A stretch of 64,000 nt of DNA from Candidatus Altimarinota bacterium (lineage in GTDB: Bacteria; Patescibacteriota; Gracilibacteria; UBA1369; 2-02-FULL-48-14), in assembly GCA_015485665.1 (NCBI GenBank), contig WFTC01000013.1:3559-67558 (forward strand), given 5' to 3'. A program made the position numbers and the translations under genes. Numbering within the stretch: position 1 is the first letter of the stretch; the number at the start of each line of letters is the position of its first letter. A model generated the notes under the pieces. That model worked only from the letters and a program-made list of their open reading frames with translations, made no database searches and had not been told where the DNA came from. Positions 21,422-33,433 of the stretch are shown here, piece by piece.

Positions 21422-22339
21422 TTAAGCTTTTTGGGCAGATACGAACTCAAAGGCGCTGTAAGCCGCTTTACATCCTTCGGCAACACCTACTATTGCTTGC
21501 TTCCAAGCAGTATCAGTCACATCTCCTGCAGCATAAAAACCTGGAACATTACTTTCGCTCATGTCATTGATAATGATTTCACCTTTCTTGTTTTTTTTCA
21601 CTCCCAACTCATCAATCATTTTTGTTAGTGGAATTCTGCCTATTTCAATAAATACCCCATCTGTTTCCATTTCACTGCCATCATCAAATTTCACTTTTTC
21701 AACGACTTTGTCGCCCAAAATTTCAACAATATTCGTATTGAGTCTAAGTTTAATGTTTTTCGTGGCTTCCATTCTTTTCATATTGATAGGTTCAGCTTTA
21801 CTGATTTTCTCACCACGATAGACAATCGTTACCTCACGTGCATGTTCTGCCAAGATAAGCGATTCTTTCACTGCACTGTCTCCGCCACCAACCATTATGG
21901 TTTTTTTCTCTTTAAAGAAGGCGCCATCACAAGTCGCGCAATAAGAAACTCCTTTAGCTGCGAACTCTTCTTCACCGGGCACGCCAAGCTTGCGATATGT
22001 GGTTCCAGTGGCAAGCAATACTGTACGAGCTGTGAAGTTTTCTTCACCGAACTGAACATTGAAAATTTGACCTTCTTTTGTAATTTTATTTACGCGCTTT
22101 CCCCATTTTATCTCAACATCGTTAGCTTTTGCGTGAGCTATCAAATTATCTGCCAACTCTTGACCACTTAGGGATGTGAAGCCAGGGTAGTTTTCAACCA
22201 AATGAGTACTTGTAATTGTTCCGCCAATCCCTTCAGTAAGTATAATAATATTCATGTTAAACCTTTTGGCGTAAATAGAAGCTGCTAAGCCTGAACAGCC
22301 TCCGCCAACAATGATCATATCAAAGCATTCCTTATTCAT
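21422..22339 (-). CDS. trxB: thioredoxin reductase
   Basis: GGGCSG, CATCDG and GGGDSA motifs. Confidence 0.93.
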   Translation of the reverse strand: MNKECFDMIIVGGGCSGLAASIYAKRFNMNIIILTEGIGGTITSTHLVENYPGFTSLSGQELADNLIAHAKANDVEIKWGKRVNKITKEGQIFNVQFGEENFTARTVLLATGTTYRKLGVPGEEEFAAKGVSYCATCDGAFFKEKKTIMVGGGDSAVKESLILAEHAREVTIVYRGEKISKAEPINMKRMEATKNIKLRLNTNIVEILGDKVVEKVKFDDGSEMETDGVFIEIGRIPLTKMIDELGVKKNKKGEIIINDMSESNVPGFYAAGDVTDTAWKQAIVGVAEGCKAAYSAFEFVSAQKA

Positions 22340-22634
22340 GGTATTTTGAGTTAATAAAAGTTAATTTTTTAAGTTTTTCTTCCAGTTTGTTCGGCAAGAT
22401 ATGTTTTTCCACTTTCCCGTCATTTATTAGCATGGAAATAGGGCTAGCCTCACCGAAATATACATTAGGCGCATGTTCACAATGACCCAAACATCCGGAG
22501 TTTTCAAGCTGAATAGATCCTTTCAATTTATTTTCACCCGCTTTTATGCCGAGAATTTTCTCCGCACGTTTAAGATTTTCATCTCCAAAATTTCTTTTAC
22601 AAGCAACTCCGGTACAAACTTTTATAATATGCAT
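22332..22634 (-). CDS. thioredoxin-like [2Fe-2S] ferredoxin
   Basis: CTGVAC...GCLGHCEHAPN cysteine pattern. Confidence 0.75.
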   Translation of the reverse strand: MHIIKVCTGVACKRNFGDENLKRAEKILGIKAGENKLKGSIQLENSGCLGHCEHAPNVYFGEASPISMLINDGKVEKHILPNKLEEKLKKLTFINSKYHE

Positions 22635-24289
22635 TATGCAGCGGTCTCTAAAGTAGATGAATGTTCTTTCTGTAAGAACTGTTGTGCCAATTCCTTTAAT
22701 CTTCTTTGATTGGTGCCTGTTGTCAGGCTATTTGACAGCATGCTTATGTCATGACCTGTAATGTCAAGTCTTCTTGCAATTTCTTCCATCATTTTTCTAG
22801 CTAAATCAGCTACAAGATCTTCAAATAAGTTTATGCCATATTGGTCTAATGCTCTCTGTTCTGCTCTTGCCGCATGCAGTATATCTTGCATTTCTGATTC
22901 TGCATGTTCACCATGAAGTAATGACGTTATTTCATGAATATTTTCATCGGTAAGTCTATCTTGCACACTTTGCTTTTCTGCAAGATACGTGAAGGCATCT
23001 GCACCTTCTAACTCTTTAAGTTTTTCACGAGCATCAAACAACATTTGCTCACGTGATAGTGCATTTGCTCTTAAAAACGCTTCATCATTTCTTACTTTTT
23101 CAGGTAAAGCTTTATAGTCTTTTATGATTTTCTTTCTGTCTGCAATATTTATACGCTCCACAGCCAATACTTGTTTTTGTTCTTTCAGTTTAAGCTTTTT
23201 AAATCTGGCAGACAAACTCTTTCGTTCAATTTCTGTGTAAAGAGCTATGTGCGCATGATGTGCAGAGATAAGTTCTCCTTCATATTCAGCAACAATCAAG
23301 CCTCCACTGCGCAAAGCAGGCTCAAGTATATTTTTACGGTAAGCTTTTCTTTCACTCAAGCCAAGTTTGCCAATAATGAGTTTAAATCGCTTTGCTTTCT
23401 TTTCATCCATTCCTTGCAGTAATTCATTGATTTTTTCATGCTCTTTTCTTCTTTCTGCTATGTAATTTGGAAGCACATGCAATGCATAGCGCATTTTTGC
23501 AAAGCTACTTTGATCACGAAACCACTCCACAAACTCTTTTGCGCTGTCTCCTCCAAAATATATTGCGTTTTTTTTGATTTGTATTTCATAGCTTTGAGCC
23601 ATTGCTTCGTACTCTTTTATCAGTTTTGCTTTCAAAACTTTAAGTTCATCTGCATTTCCTATTTTTTTTGCACGTTTCATAAATTCACTTTGTATTGCTT
23701 GTGGCGAACTTTCCAAATCTCCAACAATTTTTAAAACATCATCCAAAAGTTTTTCTTTGCTGGCTATAAAACCAAGTGAATTCATTGCTTGTTCATATAA
23801 TTCTATAACAAGCGGGCTTTGCTTTTTGTATCTTTTTACAAACTTGGCTTTGGCATTAAGCAAATCATTCATGCTGATTAAGAGAGCGAATTTATTGAAG
23901 GGACCATCCAAGAGATCTTGTTTTTGGAAAGCTTCATGCAGTTCACACATTTCTTTGCGCAGTAAAATTCCCAGTTTGCCAGGGGCATGAAATGCCTCGT
24001 GATTTGCGGCGCGCCGCAACCATTCTTTGTCAGCCACTCTATCCAATTTTGCTTTGAATTTTTTGAGTGATTGCGGGTCATTTCCTCTTTTGAGTAATTT
24101 TGCTCTAAATTCGGATGTATTTGTTCCCGCTTGTTCATCATATGCCTCAAGCAATTTGATAATCTTATCACGTTGCTGAATGTTTCTTTCATCTTCAACA
24201 GTGCCAAGTTCGTCTGTAAGATGTTTACTCCTTTCATTTGGATGATTCTCATCATCCTCACAAAGTCTGAGACTGGATTCAAGTACCAT
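22634..24289 (-). CDS. hypothetical helical, charged protein
   Basis: 551-aa ORF with no recognised motif. Confidence 0.6.
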   Translation of the reverse strand: MVLESSLRLCEDDENHPNERSKHLTDELGTVEDERNIQQRDKIIKLLEAYDEQAGTNTSEFRAKLLKRGNDPQSLKKFKAKLDRVADKEWLRRAANHEAFHAPGKLGILLRKEMCELHEAFQKQDLLDGPFNKFALLISMNDLLNAKAKFVKRYKKQSPLVIELYEQAMNSLGFIASKEKLLDDVLKIVGDLESSPQAIQSEFMKRAKKIGNADELKVLKAKLIKEYEAMAQSYEIQIKKNAIYFGGDSAKEFVEWFRDQSSFAKMRYALHVLPNYIAERRKEHEKINELLQGMDEKKAKRFKLIIGKLGLSERKAYRKNILEPALRSGGLIVAEYEGELISAHHAHIALYTEIERKSLSARFKKLKLKEQKQVLAVERINIADRKKIIKDYKALPEKVRNDEAFLRANALSREQMLFDAREKLKELEGADAFTYLAEKQSVQDRLTDENIHEITSLLHGEHAESEMQDILHAARAEQRALDQYGINLFEDLVADLARKMMEEIARRLDITGHDISMLSNSLTTGTNQRRLKELAQQFLQKEHSSTLETAA

Positions 24290-24337
24290 TGATTTATTTC
24301 TTTTAGGGTTTTCATACTATGCGTTTTTTATAGAAAT

Positions 24338-25966
24338 TCAAGTAAGTTTAGGCTGTGTGAATATCATTTTATTTTGTTGATATTTTCGCCATTCATATAT
24401 CATTGTCCCGCTCCCAAGAATAAAGATTAGTAGCCAGCTCCACGGAAAAGATGAGCTTGCAGATTGTACTTGCTCAAGTATTTCAGCTCTTATCAGAGTA
24501 TATGTGTTGCTGTTGTTAATTTTGGCTTGTAGTAGAAGAGTGTTGCCAGATTGAAAGAAAAGATTGCCAAATTCATTGTTGTTTACTTCAAAGGAAATTT
24601 CCCTTTCTCCTTGCAGTATAGTTAGTCTTCCTTCTTCAAAGCTTTTGACTGTTCCAATAAATTCTTTCCATTTCGGGTTTGCCGTTCCAGGACTTGGATC
24701 TGTCCACTCCCAGATGGTTTTACTTCTAAGTCCCATGAAATTAGTGCTTGCTTGCAGATTTTTTGCTTCTTCTAATTCTATTTTTGCGTAAGATTGTCCT
24801 TCTTGAGTTGATTCATAGCTTATTTCATCAATTATTTCACCTGTAAAGTCGCTTAGGCGCACACTATCTCTTGAGTTGTTTAGTGCTATGCCAGTATCCG
24901 CTCTTTCAAGCACTATGCTTTCTCCTGGATTTATAATTGTTCCTTCCGGTATTAGATAAGGTTCTGATCCCTTTGGACCGTCATCTATGGTCCAATTTCC
25001 AAGGTCCACAATTTCATCACCTCCATTTGTTATTTCTATCCATTCTTCAGTTGTATCACTACCTTTTGGATCCGGATAAATTTCGCTTATTTCAATATCA
25101 TCCGACAGCTGTCCCTGTATTTCATCACTTTTGTTTGCTTCGCCAGGAGTTGCTTTGGTCCATTCATAACTTTCATTAATCCATGAGTAACTTAGGCCTT
25201 CTTGTACTTCGTTATAAGATACTGACCATAAGATTTCATCTTCCCAGAGCAAGCGTATTTCATCCGTACTGTTATTCAAGGTGATGTTACTGTCTTCAAT
25301 GGAAATTAGTAGGTAAGAATATCCTTCCATGCTACCACTCAAAGCATAAGGGCTGCTGCCACCTTCTTGGTCGTCCAATTTTAGAGTTTCCAAAGAAATA
25401 CTTTCACTATAAGGATTGAATAACTCTATCCATTCTTCAGTTGCATCGCTACCTTCAGGGTTTGGTAGGGCTTCGGAGAATTGTGGAAATTTCTCAGGCT
25501 TAATCGTGGATTTTTCTTCTTCCTTTAAGCTTTCTGCTTCAACTGTGGAATCCTTTTTTTCTTCTTCATCATCTGTACTTTTATCTTCAGTTATAGTTAA
25601 AATTTCTCCGGCTATGCTTGAATCATAATTGAATACATCAACCAGTTGTCCATCTAAAGTCATAAGACTGAGTTCATCACTATTATTATTCAGCTGAAAA
25701 ATCAAATCGTTTATTTGAATTGATTCACCACTTGATAGCTTGCCTGTAAGCTCCATTTTTTTACCTGTTGCATCTTCAAGAGTATAATAATGCAGATCCA
25801 CTTCATCTTCTCCCGTATTTTTAATTTTAACCCACTCAGATTCTCCATCAAGAGGATTTGGATAAACGCTTGTTATTTCAAGAGTGAGCGGAGTTGATTC
25901 TACAAGGCAAGCATAGGCTGGGAAAGGTATGATTAAGGACAAAATCAGCATTATGATTTTTTTCAT
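24338..25966 (-). CDS. secreted, C-terminally anchored protein with three lamin-tail domains
   Basis: Three (I/F)(T/S)xxxP(N/D)P...EW(V/I)xIxN repeats, signal peptide and C-terminal TM segment. Confidence 0.8.
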   Translation of the reverse strand: MKKIIMLILSLIIPFPAYACLVESTPLTLEITSVYPNPLDGESEWVKIKNTGEDEVDLHYYTLEDATGKKMELTGKLSSGESIQINDLIFQLNNNSDELSLMTLDGQLVDVFNYDSSIAGEILTITEDKSTDDEEEKKDSTVEAESLKEEEKSTIKPEKFPQFSEALPNPEGSDATEEWIELFNPYSESISLETLKLDDQEGGSSPYALSGSMEGYSYLLISIEDSNITLNNSTDEIRLLWEDEILWSVSYNEVQEGLSYSWINESYEWTKATPGEANKSDEIQGQLSDDIEISEIYPDPKGSDTTEEWIEITNGGDEIVDLGNWTIDDGPKGSEPYLIPEGTIINPGESIVLERADTGIALNNSRDSVRLSDFTGEIIDEISYESTQEGQSYAKIELEEAKNLQASTNFMGLRSKTIWEWTDPSPGTANPKWKEFIGTVKSFEEGRLTILQGEREISFEVNNNEFGNLFFQSGNTLLLQAKINNSNTYTLIRAEILEQVQSASSSFPWSWLLIFILGSGTMIYEWRKYQQNKMIFTQPKLT

Positions 25967-26257
25967 GGCATTGAATGGTTATTGAGCGTGCATAACCATG
26001 CCAGAGAGACCTTTTCAAAAAGATGAAATTTTTCTTGCAAAAATTGTAATGATTCGCTCTTGCCAATGATAAATCGGCTCTGTAATGTGTAAATCGATCT
26101 TTTATATTTCACTCCGGACCTTAAAAACTTTTGAACAAAGAGAAAAAATCTTTGTGTAAAACATCGATGAAAAAGAATAAAAAAATTCAATTAACAGATT
26201 GAAAATTCGTAACTGATCCGAAGGTTTTTTTGAGTGCGGGCTTAACCCCTTCCATTT

Positions 26258-27784
26258 ATGAGCACCCTGCAAGTGGTACTGCTCTTGATTGCTTTGGTTC
26301 TTGGTGGCAGTTTTGGATTTTTTATCCGAAGCAAGCAATTCAAAGAAGAAGAGCATAAGAAGCGTAAGGAGCAAGAAAAAGCACTCCAAGATGCAAAAAA
26401 TAAAGCCGGTGAAATTATTCTCAAAGCTGAGAATGATGCTATTGAAGCTCATCGTGAGCTACAAAAAACAGAAAGAGAAAAGAGGCGAAAACTGCAAGAA
26501 GCCGAAGAAAGGCTTTTGAAAAAAGAGCAAAATCTTGATGATAAAATTGAGGCTCTGGATAAACTGAAGCTGCAGCTTGAAGAAAAAGCTGAAGCTTTAA
26601 AGGAGGATAGGGAGAATGCTAAGAAAGCCCTTGCCGAGCAAGAAAGTAAATTGCAAGAAATTGCTTCTCTTACGCCTGATCAAGCGAAAGAACTTCTTTT
26701 AAAGCAAATTGAATCTGAGTTTCAAGAGGATTTGGTGAGTTACGCAAGACAACTTGAAGCTCAGGTAAAGGCTGAAGTAGATGAAAAAGCAAAGACCATT
26801 TTAGCGGAAGCAATTCAGCGTTACGCCTCTGAAACAACCGTTGAATCTACAACAACTTCCGTGAGCTTGCCTTCCGATGACATGAAAGGGCGAATTATAG
26901 GTAGAGAAGGGCGTAATATCAATGCATTTGAAACAACTACTGGTGTTGATGTAATTGTAGATGATACCCCCGGAAATATTATTATTAGTGGCTTTGATCC
27001 CATTCGTCGTTATATTGCAAAAATTACTTTGGAGAGATTGGTTGAAGATGGACGTATTCATCCTGCCAGGATTGAAGAAACTTATGCAAAAGCAAAAGAG
27101 GAAGTAAATATGCTGATAAAAGAACTTGGTGAGAAGACGGCTTTTGAGGTTGGTGTGGCTGGTTTGCAGCCTAATCTTTTGAAAATTCTGGGGCGACTTC
27201 GTTTCCGTATTGCTTATGGACAAAATGTCTTAAAGCATAGTCGTGAAGTGGCGTTTTTGGCAGCTGAATTGGCTGGGTTATTGGGCGCCAATGTTGATAT
27301 TTGTAAAAAGGCCGGATTATTGCATGATTTGGGTAAAGCGGTTGATCATGAAGTTCAAGGAAAGCATGCTTTTATAGGTCGGGATATTTTGAAGAAATTT
27401 GGACTTTCCAATGAAGTACTACATTGTGTTGAAGCAAATGAGGCGGATGTGGAGGCTAAAACTCTGGAAGCTAAAATTGTTCAAGTGGCAAATCTGATTT
27501 CCGTTTCAAGACCGGGGGCAAATAAGGAAAATTTGGATCAATTCATAAAGCGTTTGTCTGAGATTGAACATCTGGCGAAAGATTTTGAAGGTGTAAATTC
27601 CGCTTTTGCCGTGCAAGCCGGACGTGAGCTTCGCGTATTTGTTGATCCTGAACAAGTGGATGATTTGGCAGCAATTAAAATGTCTCATGCAATTGCTCGT
27701 AAAATTGAGAAGCAATTGCAGTACCCCGGGAAAATTAAGGTTGAAGTTCTTAGAGAATGCAGAGTTGAAGCTTTTGCTGAATAA
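26258..27784 (+). CDS. rny: ribonuclease Y
   Basis: N-terminal TM, coiled coil, KH domain (KGRIIGREGRNI) and HD domain (LLHDLGK). Confidence 0.95.
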   Translation: MSTLQVVLLLIALVLGGSFGFFIRSKQFKEEEHKKRKEQEKALQDAKNKAGEIILKAENDAIEAHRELQKTEREKRRKLQEAEERLLKKEQNLDDKIEALDKLKLQLEEKAEALKEDRENAKKALAEQESKLQEIASLTPDQAKELLLKQIESEFQEDLVSYARQLEAQVKAEVDEKAKTILAEAIQRYASETTVESTTTSVSLPSDDMKGRIIGREGRNINAFETTTGVDVIVDDTPGNIIISGFDPIRRYIAKITLERLVEDGRIHPARIEETYAKAKEEVNMLIKELGEKTAFEVGVAGLQPNLLKILGRLRFRIAYGQNVLKHSREVAFLAAELAGLLGANVDICKKAGLLHDLGKAVDHEVQGKHAFIGRDILKKFGLSNEVLHCVEANEADVEAKTLEAKIVQVANLISVSRPGANKENLDQFIKRLSEIEHLAKDFEGVNSAFAVQAGRELRVFVDPEQVDDLAAIKMSHAIARKIEKQLQYPGKIKVEVLRECRVEAFAE

Positions 27785-27787
27785 GTC

Positions 27788-27841
27788 TTGACTTTTAATT
27801 TAATCTCAATAAAATTAGCACTAGCAAATAATGAGTGCTAA
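27788..27841 (+). promoter_or_regulatory. sigma70-type promoter plus CIRCE (HrcA operator) upstream of groES
   Basis: TTGACT-16 nt-TAAAAT; TTAGCACTA-N9-GAGTGCTAA at 27815-27841. Confidence 0.9.
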
Positions 27842-27865
27842 TTTTATTCTTAACCCAGTATATAT

Positions 27866-28141
27866 ATGGCATCTATCAAGCCTTTAGCCGGATATGTGGT
27901 TGTGAAGCGCATGGAAGAAGCGTCTAAAACCGCTTCCGGTATAATTTTAACAGATTCCGCTAAGGAAAAACCTCAACGTGGAGAAGTGCTTGCGGTAGGA
28001 CCCGGTAAAGAAGGGGCTGAACCTCAAGTATCGGTAGGACAAACCGTTTTGTTTAAAAAATACGGTCCAACCGAATTGGATGTTGATGGAGAAACAGTTC
28101 TTTTACTTGAAGAAAGCGATATTTTCGCAATTGTTGAATAA
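27866..28141 (+). CDS. groES: co-chaperonin GroES
   Basis: IKPL..KTASGIIL..AKEKP..GEVLAVGPG. Confidence 0.98.
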   Translation: MASIKPLAGYVVVKRMEEASKTASGIILTDSAKEKPQRGEVLAVGPGKEGAEPQVSVGQTVLFKKYGPTELDVDGETVLLLEESDIFAIVE

Positions 28142-28157
28142 TTTTAACCCCTACTAA

Positions 28158-29786
<1,629 letters not shown>

Positions 29787-29812
29787 CTTTAAAATGCTGA
29801 ATAAAATTTGTA

Positions 29813-29845
29813 TTCAAAAAGCGCCTTTAGTAGGCGCTTTTTGAA
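29813..29845 (+). terminator. intrinsic terminator after groEL
   Basis: TTCAAAAAGCGCCT/AGGCGCTTTTTGAA inverted repeat. Confidence 0.8.
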
Positions 29846-29927
29846 ATTGAGCTTTGCATGTAAGAGCTTGAATCTAAACCTTATGTATGCTATGATTGCA
29901 AGAAGGCTTAAAACATATAGGTATAAA

Positions 29928-30230
29928 ATGAAAATAATGAATAAAAATTTTGTTCAAAAGGTGGAGGAGGCGGCTGATTTAGCTACCGGAAGCATTGCTA
30001 TGCGAGAGGTACTCAGCCTTAAATATGAGCAGTGGATTGCTGTTTTTGCCGAATTGGATGAAAAAAAAATAGATGAGCTACTATTTGTTTTAAAAGAAGA
30101 AATGGATGGCTACAAAGAGATTGAGAAAAAAAGACAACGTCGTCACGCTATTAATAAGACACGTTACTTTCATCGTTTGGAACGTTTGAAAATAGATATG
30201 GCTAAAATAAAATCAAAATTTAATGTCTAA
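29928..30230 (+). CDS. hypothetical protein
   Basis: ORF after the terminator, overlapping the next gene. Confidence 0.55.
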   Translation: MKIMNKNFVQKVEEAADLATGSIAMREVLSLKYEQWIAVFAELDEKKIDELLFVLKEEMDGYKEIEKKRQRRHAINKTRYFHRLERLKIDMAKIKSKFNV

Positions 30231-31179
30231 AAGCAAGCATGAAATTGATGTTGAAAATCCTTTAATAAATCCTGCGGATTACTTATTTGATATCGCTTCA
30301 AGCTTTGATAAAGCTGTTTTAGAGATGCCGGAAATGAGAGAATCCGTAAAGAAGCTCTTGCTTGTCAAGAAAAATATTGAAGCCGATTTTATTAAAATGG
30401 ATGGTTCCATTGATTTGGATGCTTTGAGAGAACACTTTGATTTAAAAGAAAGAATTAAGCTTTATTTAAAAGCTTTTGTGTCAGATACGCTTAGTTATAA
30501 GATTGTGGATATTGTAAATGAAAGAAATCCAAGTATTGGAAGCTCTTTGCTTAAAAGCACACCGAATATTGAAAGTTATGCACAAGATGAATTGCAAAGA
30601 GGTATAGCAAAAGTTTATCCCCACAATAATATTGTTGTACCTGAATCTATGTACAGAATAAATCAAATTGCACGTTTTTTTGAGTTTTTATCAGATTCCT
30701 TTGAAAAAGAATCCGAAGTGGCAGTACCTGAAATTAAGTTGTGGCCTTTTGTTAGAGGGGCGACTTTTGTTGTTTCAGAAAAGGAGATGAAGAGTTTAAT
30801 GCAATACACCGGAGGGCTTACTGCTAAAAAATTCATTGAATCTGCCGGTCTTTCAGTAAGCTTTTACAGTCCTAATGAAAGAGCAGTCTTGGAATCTGTT
30901 GGAGAAGATGAAATAAGTTTTGTTTATTTGCCTTCTTCTTTGCCGAAAATAAATGGCAAGGTTGACCTTTCTTTTATTGATAATTTTCTTACTTTGTATG
31001 AGCGTGGCAATACTGTATGGCACAGGCATGATATTTTGGCGGCGGTTTTTGTTAGGAAAGGTTTTTCTGTTGAGAAAGCTATTTCTTTGGCTGGACTTGT
31101 GCCGAGCGGTATAGATCCTGAGCAACAGGAGAGCTTTAAAGCTCTTATTGCAGATTTAAAAACTATTCCTAAAGCTTGA
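30223..31179 (+). CDS. hypothetical protein
   Basis: 318-aa ORF abutting pilT. Confidence 0.65.
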   Translation: MSKSKHEIDVENPLINPADYLFDIASSFDKAVLEMPEMRESVKKLLLVKKNIEADFIKMDGSIDLDALREHFDLKERIKLYLKAFVSDTLSYKIVDIVNERNPSIGSSLLKSTPNIESYAQDELQRGIAKVYPHNNIVVPESMYRINQIARFFEFLSDSFEKESEVAVPEIKLWPFVRGATFVVSEKEMKSLMQYTGGLTAKKFIESAGLSVSFYSPNERAVLESVGEDEISFVYLPSSLPKINGKVDLSFIDNFLTLYERGNTVWHRHDILAAVFVRKGFSVEKAISLAGLVPSGIDPEQQESFKALIADLKTIPKA

Positions 31180-31181
31180 TT

Positions 31182-32243
31182 ATGGATATAAACAATTACC
31201 TTAAAGAAGTTATTAAAAGCCAATCTCCTGATTTGCATTTAAAGGTTGGTCGGGTTCCGATTGTACGTTTGCCAAATGGAGAGCTTTATGAAATGGAGAA
31301 TTCTGAGATTTTGACGGAAACAATGATGGAAGAAGTGCTGAAACAAGTTTTGGGAGAAGAAAAATATGCTTTACTTTGTGAAAAGGCTGAAGTGGATGCT
31401 TCATATTCTTTGCTTGGAGGCGGACGGTTTAGAGTGAATGCTTATAAGGAGAATGATGGATGCGCTATTGCTTTTCGCAGTATTCCACCCAAAATTCCAA
31501 CAATGAATGAACTTGGACTGCCTTTGGTATTAAAGAATTTTACAGATAAAGCAAAAGGTCTTTTGGTTGTAACCGGACCTACTGGTTCCGGAAAATCTAC
31601 CACTTTGGCGGCTATGGTGAATGAAATTAATGAAAAACAGCGTTGTCATATTATAACTGTGGAAGATCCTGTTGAGTTTATTCATACTTCCAAAATGGCT
31701 CTTGTCACTCAGAGAGAAGTTGGGCAACATACCAAGTCTTTCCCAAATGCAATTCGTTCGGCAATGCGTCAAGATCCGGATGTGATTTTGGTTGGAGAAA
31801 TGAGGGATTTGGAAACAATTTCAGCTGCGATTACACTTGCAGAAACCGGACATTTGGTTTTTGCAACTTTGCACACTCAAGATGCCGCTCAGACCGTTGA
31901 TCGTATGATTGATGTTTTCCCACCTCATCAACAAGCTCAAGTACGCACGCAGCTTTCCACTACTTTAATAGCTGTTGTTTCTCAAAGGTTGATTCCAAGG
32001 ATTGATCAAAATGGGCGAGTTATGGCGATTGAAGTTTTGGTTCGCAATGATGCAATAACAAACTGTATTAAGGAAGGAAATACTCATCAGATATACTCTA
32101 TGATGCAGATCGGTAAAGAAGATGGAATGATAACTTTAGATTCTTCTTTGGTGGAATTATTTAAACGAGGATATATATCTGAAGAAGACATGCTTACAAT
32201 TGCTCATGATCCCGAGTTTATCGCTAACATGATAGAATCATGA
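31182..32243 (+). CDS. pilT: type IV pilus retraction ATPase
   Basis: GPTGSGKSTT, EDPVE, RQDPDVILVGEMRD, AETGHLVFATLH and AITNCIKE motifs. Confidence 0.93.
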   Translation: MDINNYLKEVIKSQSPDLHLKVGRVPIVRLPNGELYEMENSEILTETMMEEVLKQVLGEEKYALLCEKAEVDASYSLLGGGRFRVNAYKENDGCAIAFRSIPPKIPTMNELGLPLVLKNFTDKAKGLLVVTGPTGSGKSTTLAAMVNEINEKQRCHIITVEDPVEFIHTSKMALVTQREVGQHTKSFPNAIRSAMRQDPDVILVGEMRDLETISAAITLAETGHLVFATLHTQDAAQTVDRMIDVFPPHQQAQVRTQLSTTLIAVVSQRLIPRIDQNGRVMAIEVLVRNDAITNCIKEGNTHQIYSMMQIGKEDGMITLDSSLVELFKRGYISEEDMLTIAHDPEFIANMIES

Positions 32244-33049
32244 CTCATTTTTTACATTCTTTTATAAATTTGGCTGATCCGATGATTTTCAATTCCTTTG
32301 GAGGAGATGAGTATTGGGAAAAGCTTGAGGTTGATTCCGGCTTTAGAATCCTTAATGAAGGAGAAGAAAGTCGGGATTTTTATTATATTCTTTCCGGTAC
32401 AGTGGATGTTATAAAAGCCTTGGAAGATGGGAAGGGGCATCAAAAAGTTTTGGCAAGGCTCCAGTCCGGTGATATCTTCGGGGAAGGATCTTTGCTTTCA
32501 GATAAAGGGAGAGGTGCAAGTGTGGTTGCCGCATCACATTCTGTTTTATTAAAGCTCAGTAAAAAGAAATTTGATCGTTTGGTTTTGTCAGATCCTCAGG
32601 CGGCAGTCGGTATAACTTTAGGTATTGTAAAGGTGCAAAATGGGCGTTTGGCTAATGTGAATACACGCTTGTTGGCAATGTATAAGCTATCTAAGCTGAT
32701 TGTTGAAACGCATGCTGAATTGGAGTCGCTTTTACCGGCTGCACTTAATGAGGTGAAGCGGGTTTTACCCGGTGATTTTGCGCTTTTTAATATGGAAGGT
32801 TTACTTGTTGCAGCATCACAATCCGCTCAAGTTGAGAGTTTGCAGCTTAAAATTCCGGACTTTGCTAACAGATTGGCTGCAAAGTCTGCACCTTCTTTCT
32901 TGATTGATGATTCTATTGTCTTTATCTCTTTGAGTACGATTGAAGGAAGACTGTCCGCCATTTTAGCTGCTTCAGTTGAGGAGCCGCTTGGTGATGAAGA
33001 TTTGCAATTTTTAACATCATTTACGGAGTTGCTAGGTCACTTATTCTAG
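32240..33049 (+). CDS. cyclic-nucleotide-binding domain protein
   Basis: FYYILSGTV..GDIFGEGSLL..RGASVVA; no HTH seen. Confidence 0.8.
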   Translation: MTHFLHSFINLADPMIFNSFGGDEYWEKLEVDSGFRILNEGEESRDFYYILSGTVDVIKALEDGKGHQKVLARLQSGDIFGEGSLLSDKGRGASVVAASHSVLLKLSKKKFDRLVLSDPQAAVGITLGIVKVQNGRLANVNTRLLAMYKLSKLIVETHAELESLLPAALNEVKRVLPGDFALFNMEGLLVAASQSAQVESLQLKIPDFANRLAAKSAPSFLIDDSIVFISLSTIEGRLSAILAASVEEPLGDEDLQFLTSFTELLGHLF

Positions 33050-33079
33050 AGTAGAATCGTTTTGAGCTTATTTGCGATT

Positions 33080-33433
33080 ATGAATGATGATATATTTTTA
33101 CCGGATGAAAGTGAGGTGGAAGCCGAAGATTTTGATTTTGAACAAAAACCGATAGATGCTCCAAAAACGGATATTGGTGATGAGCTCTCTGGAGTAAAGG
33201 CTTCAAATTTTGTTAAAATAAGCTTTGGGCGTTTTGTGACTTTGGTTGCCAATCACAGTTTTTCCGAAGTGGTTGACGAAAATAAAGATGAAGAGATTAT
33301 TATAAGTACAAACTTACTTATGGATCTTGCAAATGCTCGCCGTTTTATACCTGCCGCGCGCGTGCCTCTTATGATTGTAAGCGGGATTTTGATTGGGATT
33401 TTATTTGGTTATTTTATTTTCAATGGCGCCTAG
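33080..33433 (+). CDS. hypothetical protein with C-terminal TM segment
   Basis: ORF with acidic N-terminus and hydrophobic C-terminus. Confidence 0.6.
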   Translation: MNDDIFLPDESEVEAEDFDFEQKPIDAPKTDIGDELSGVKASNFVKISFGRFVTLVANHSFSEVVDENKDEEIIISTNLLMDLANARRFIPAARVPLMIVSGILIGILFGYFIFNGA

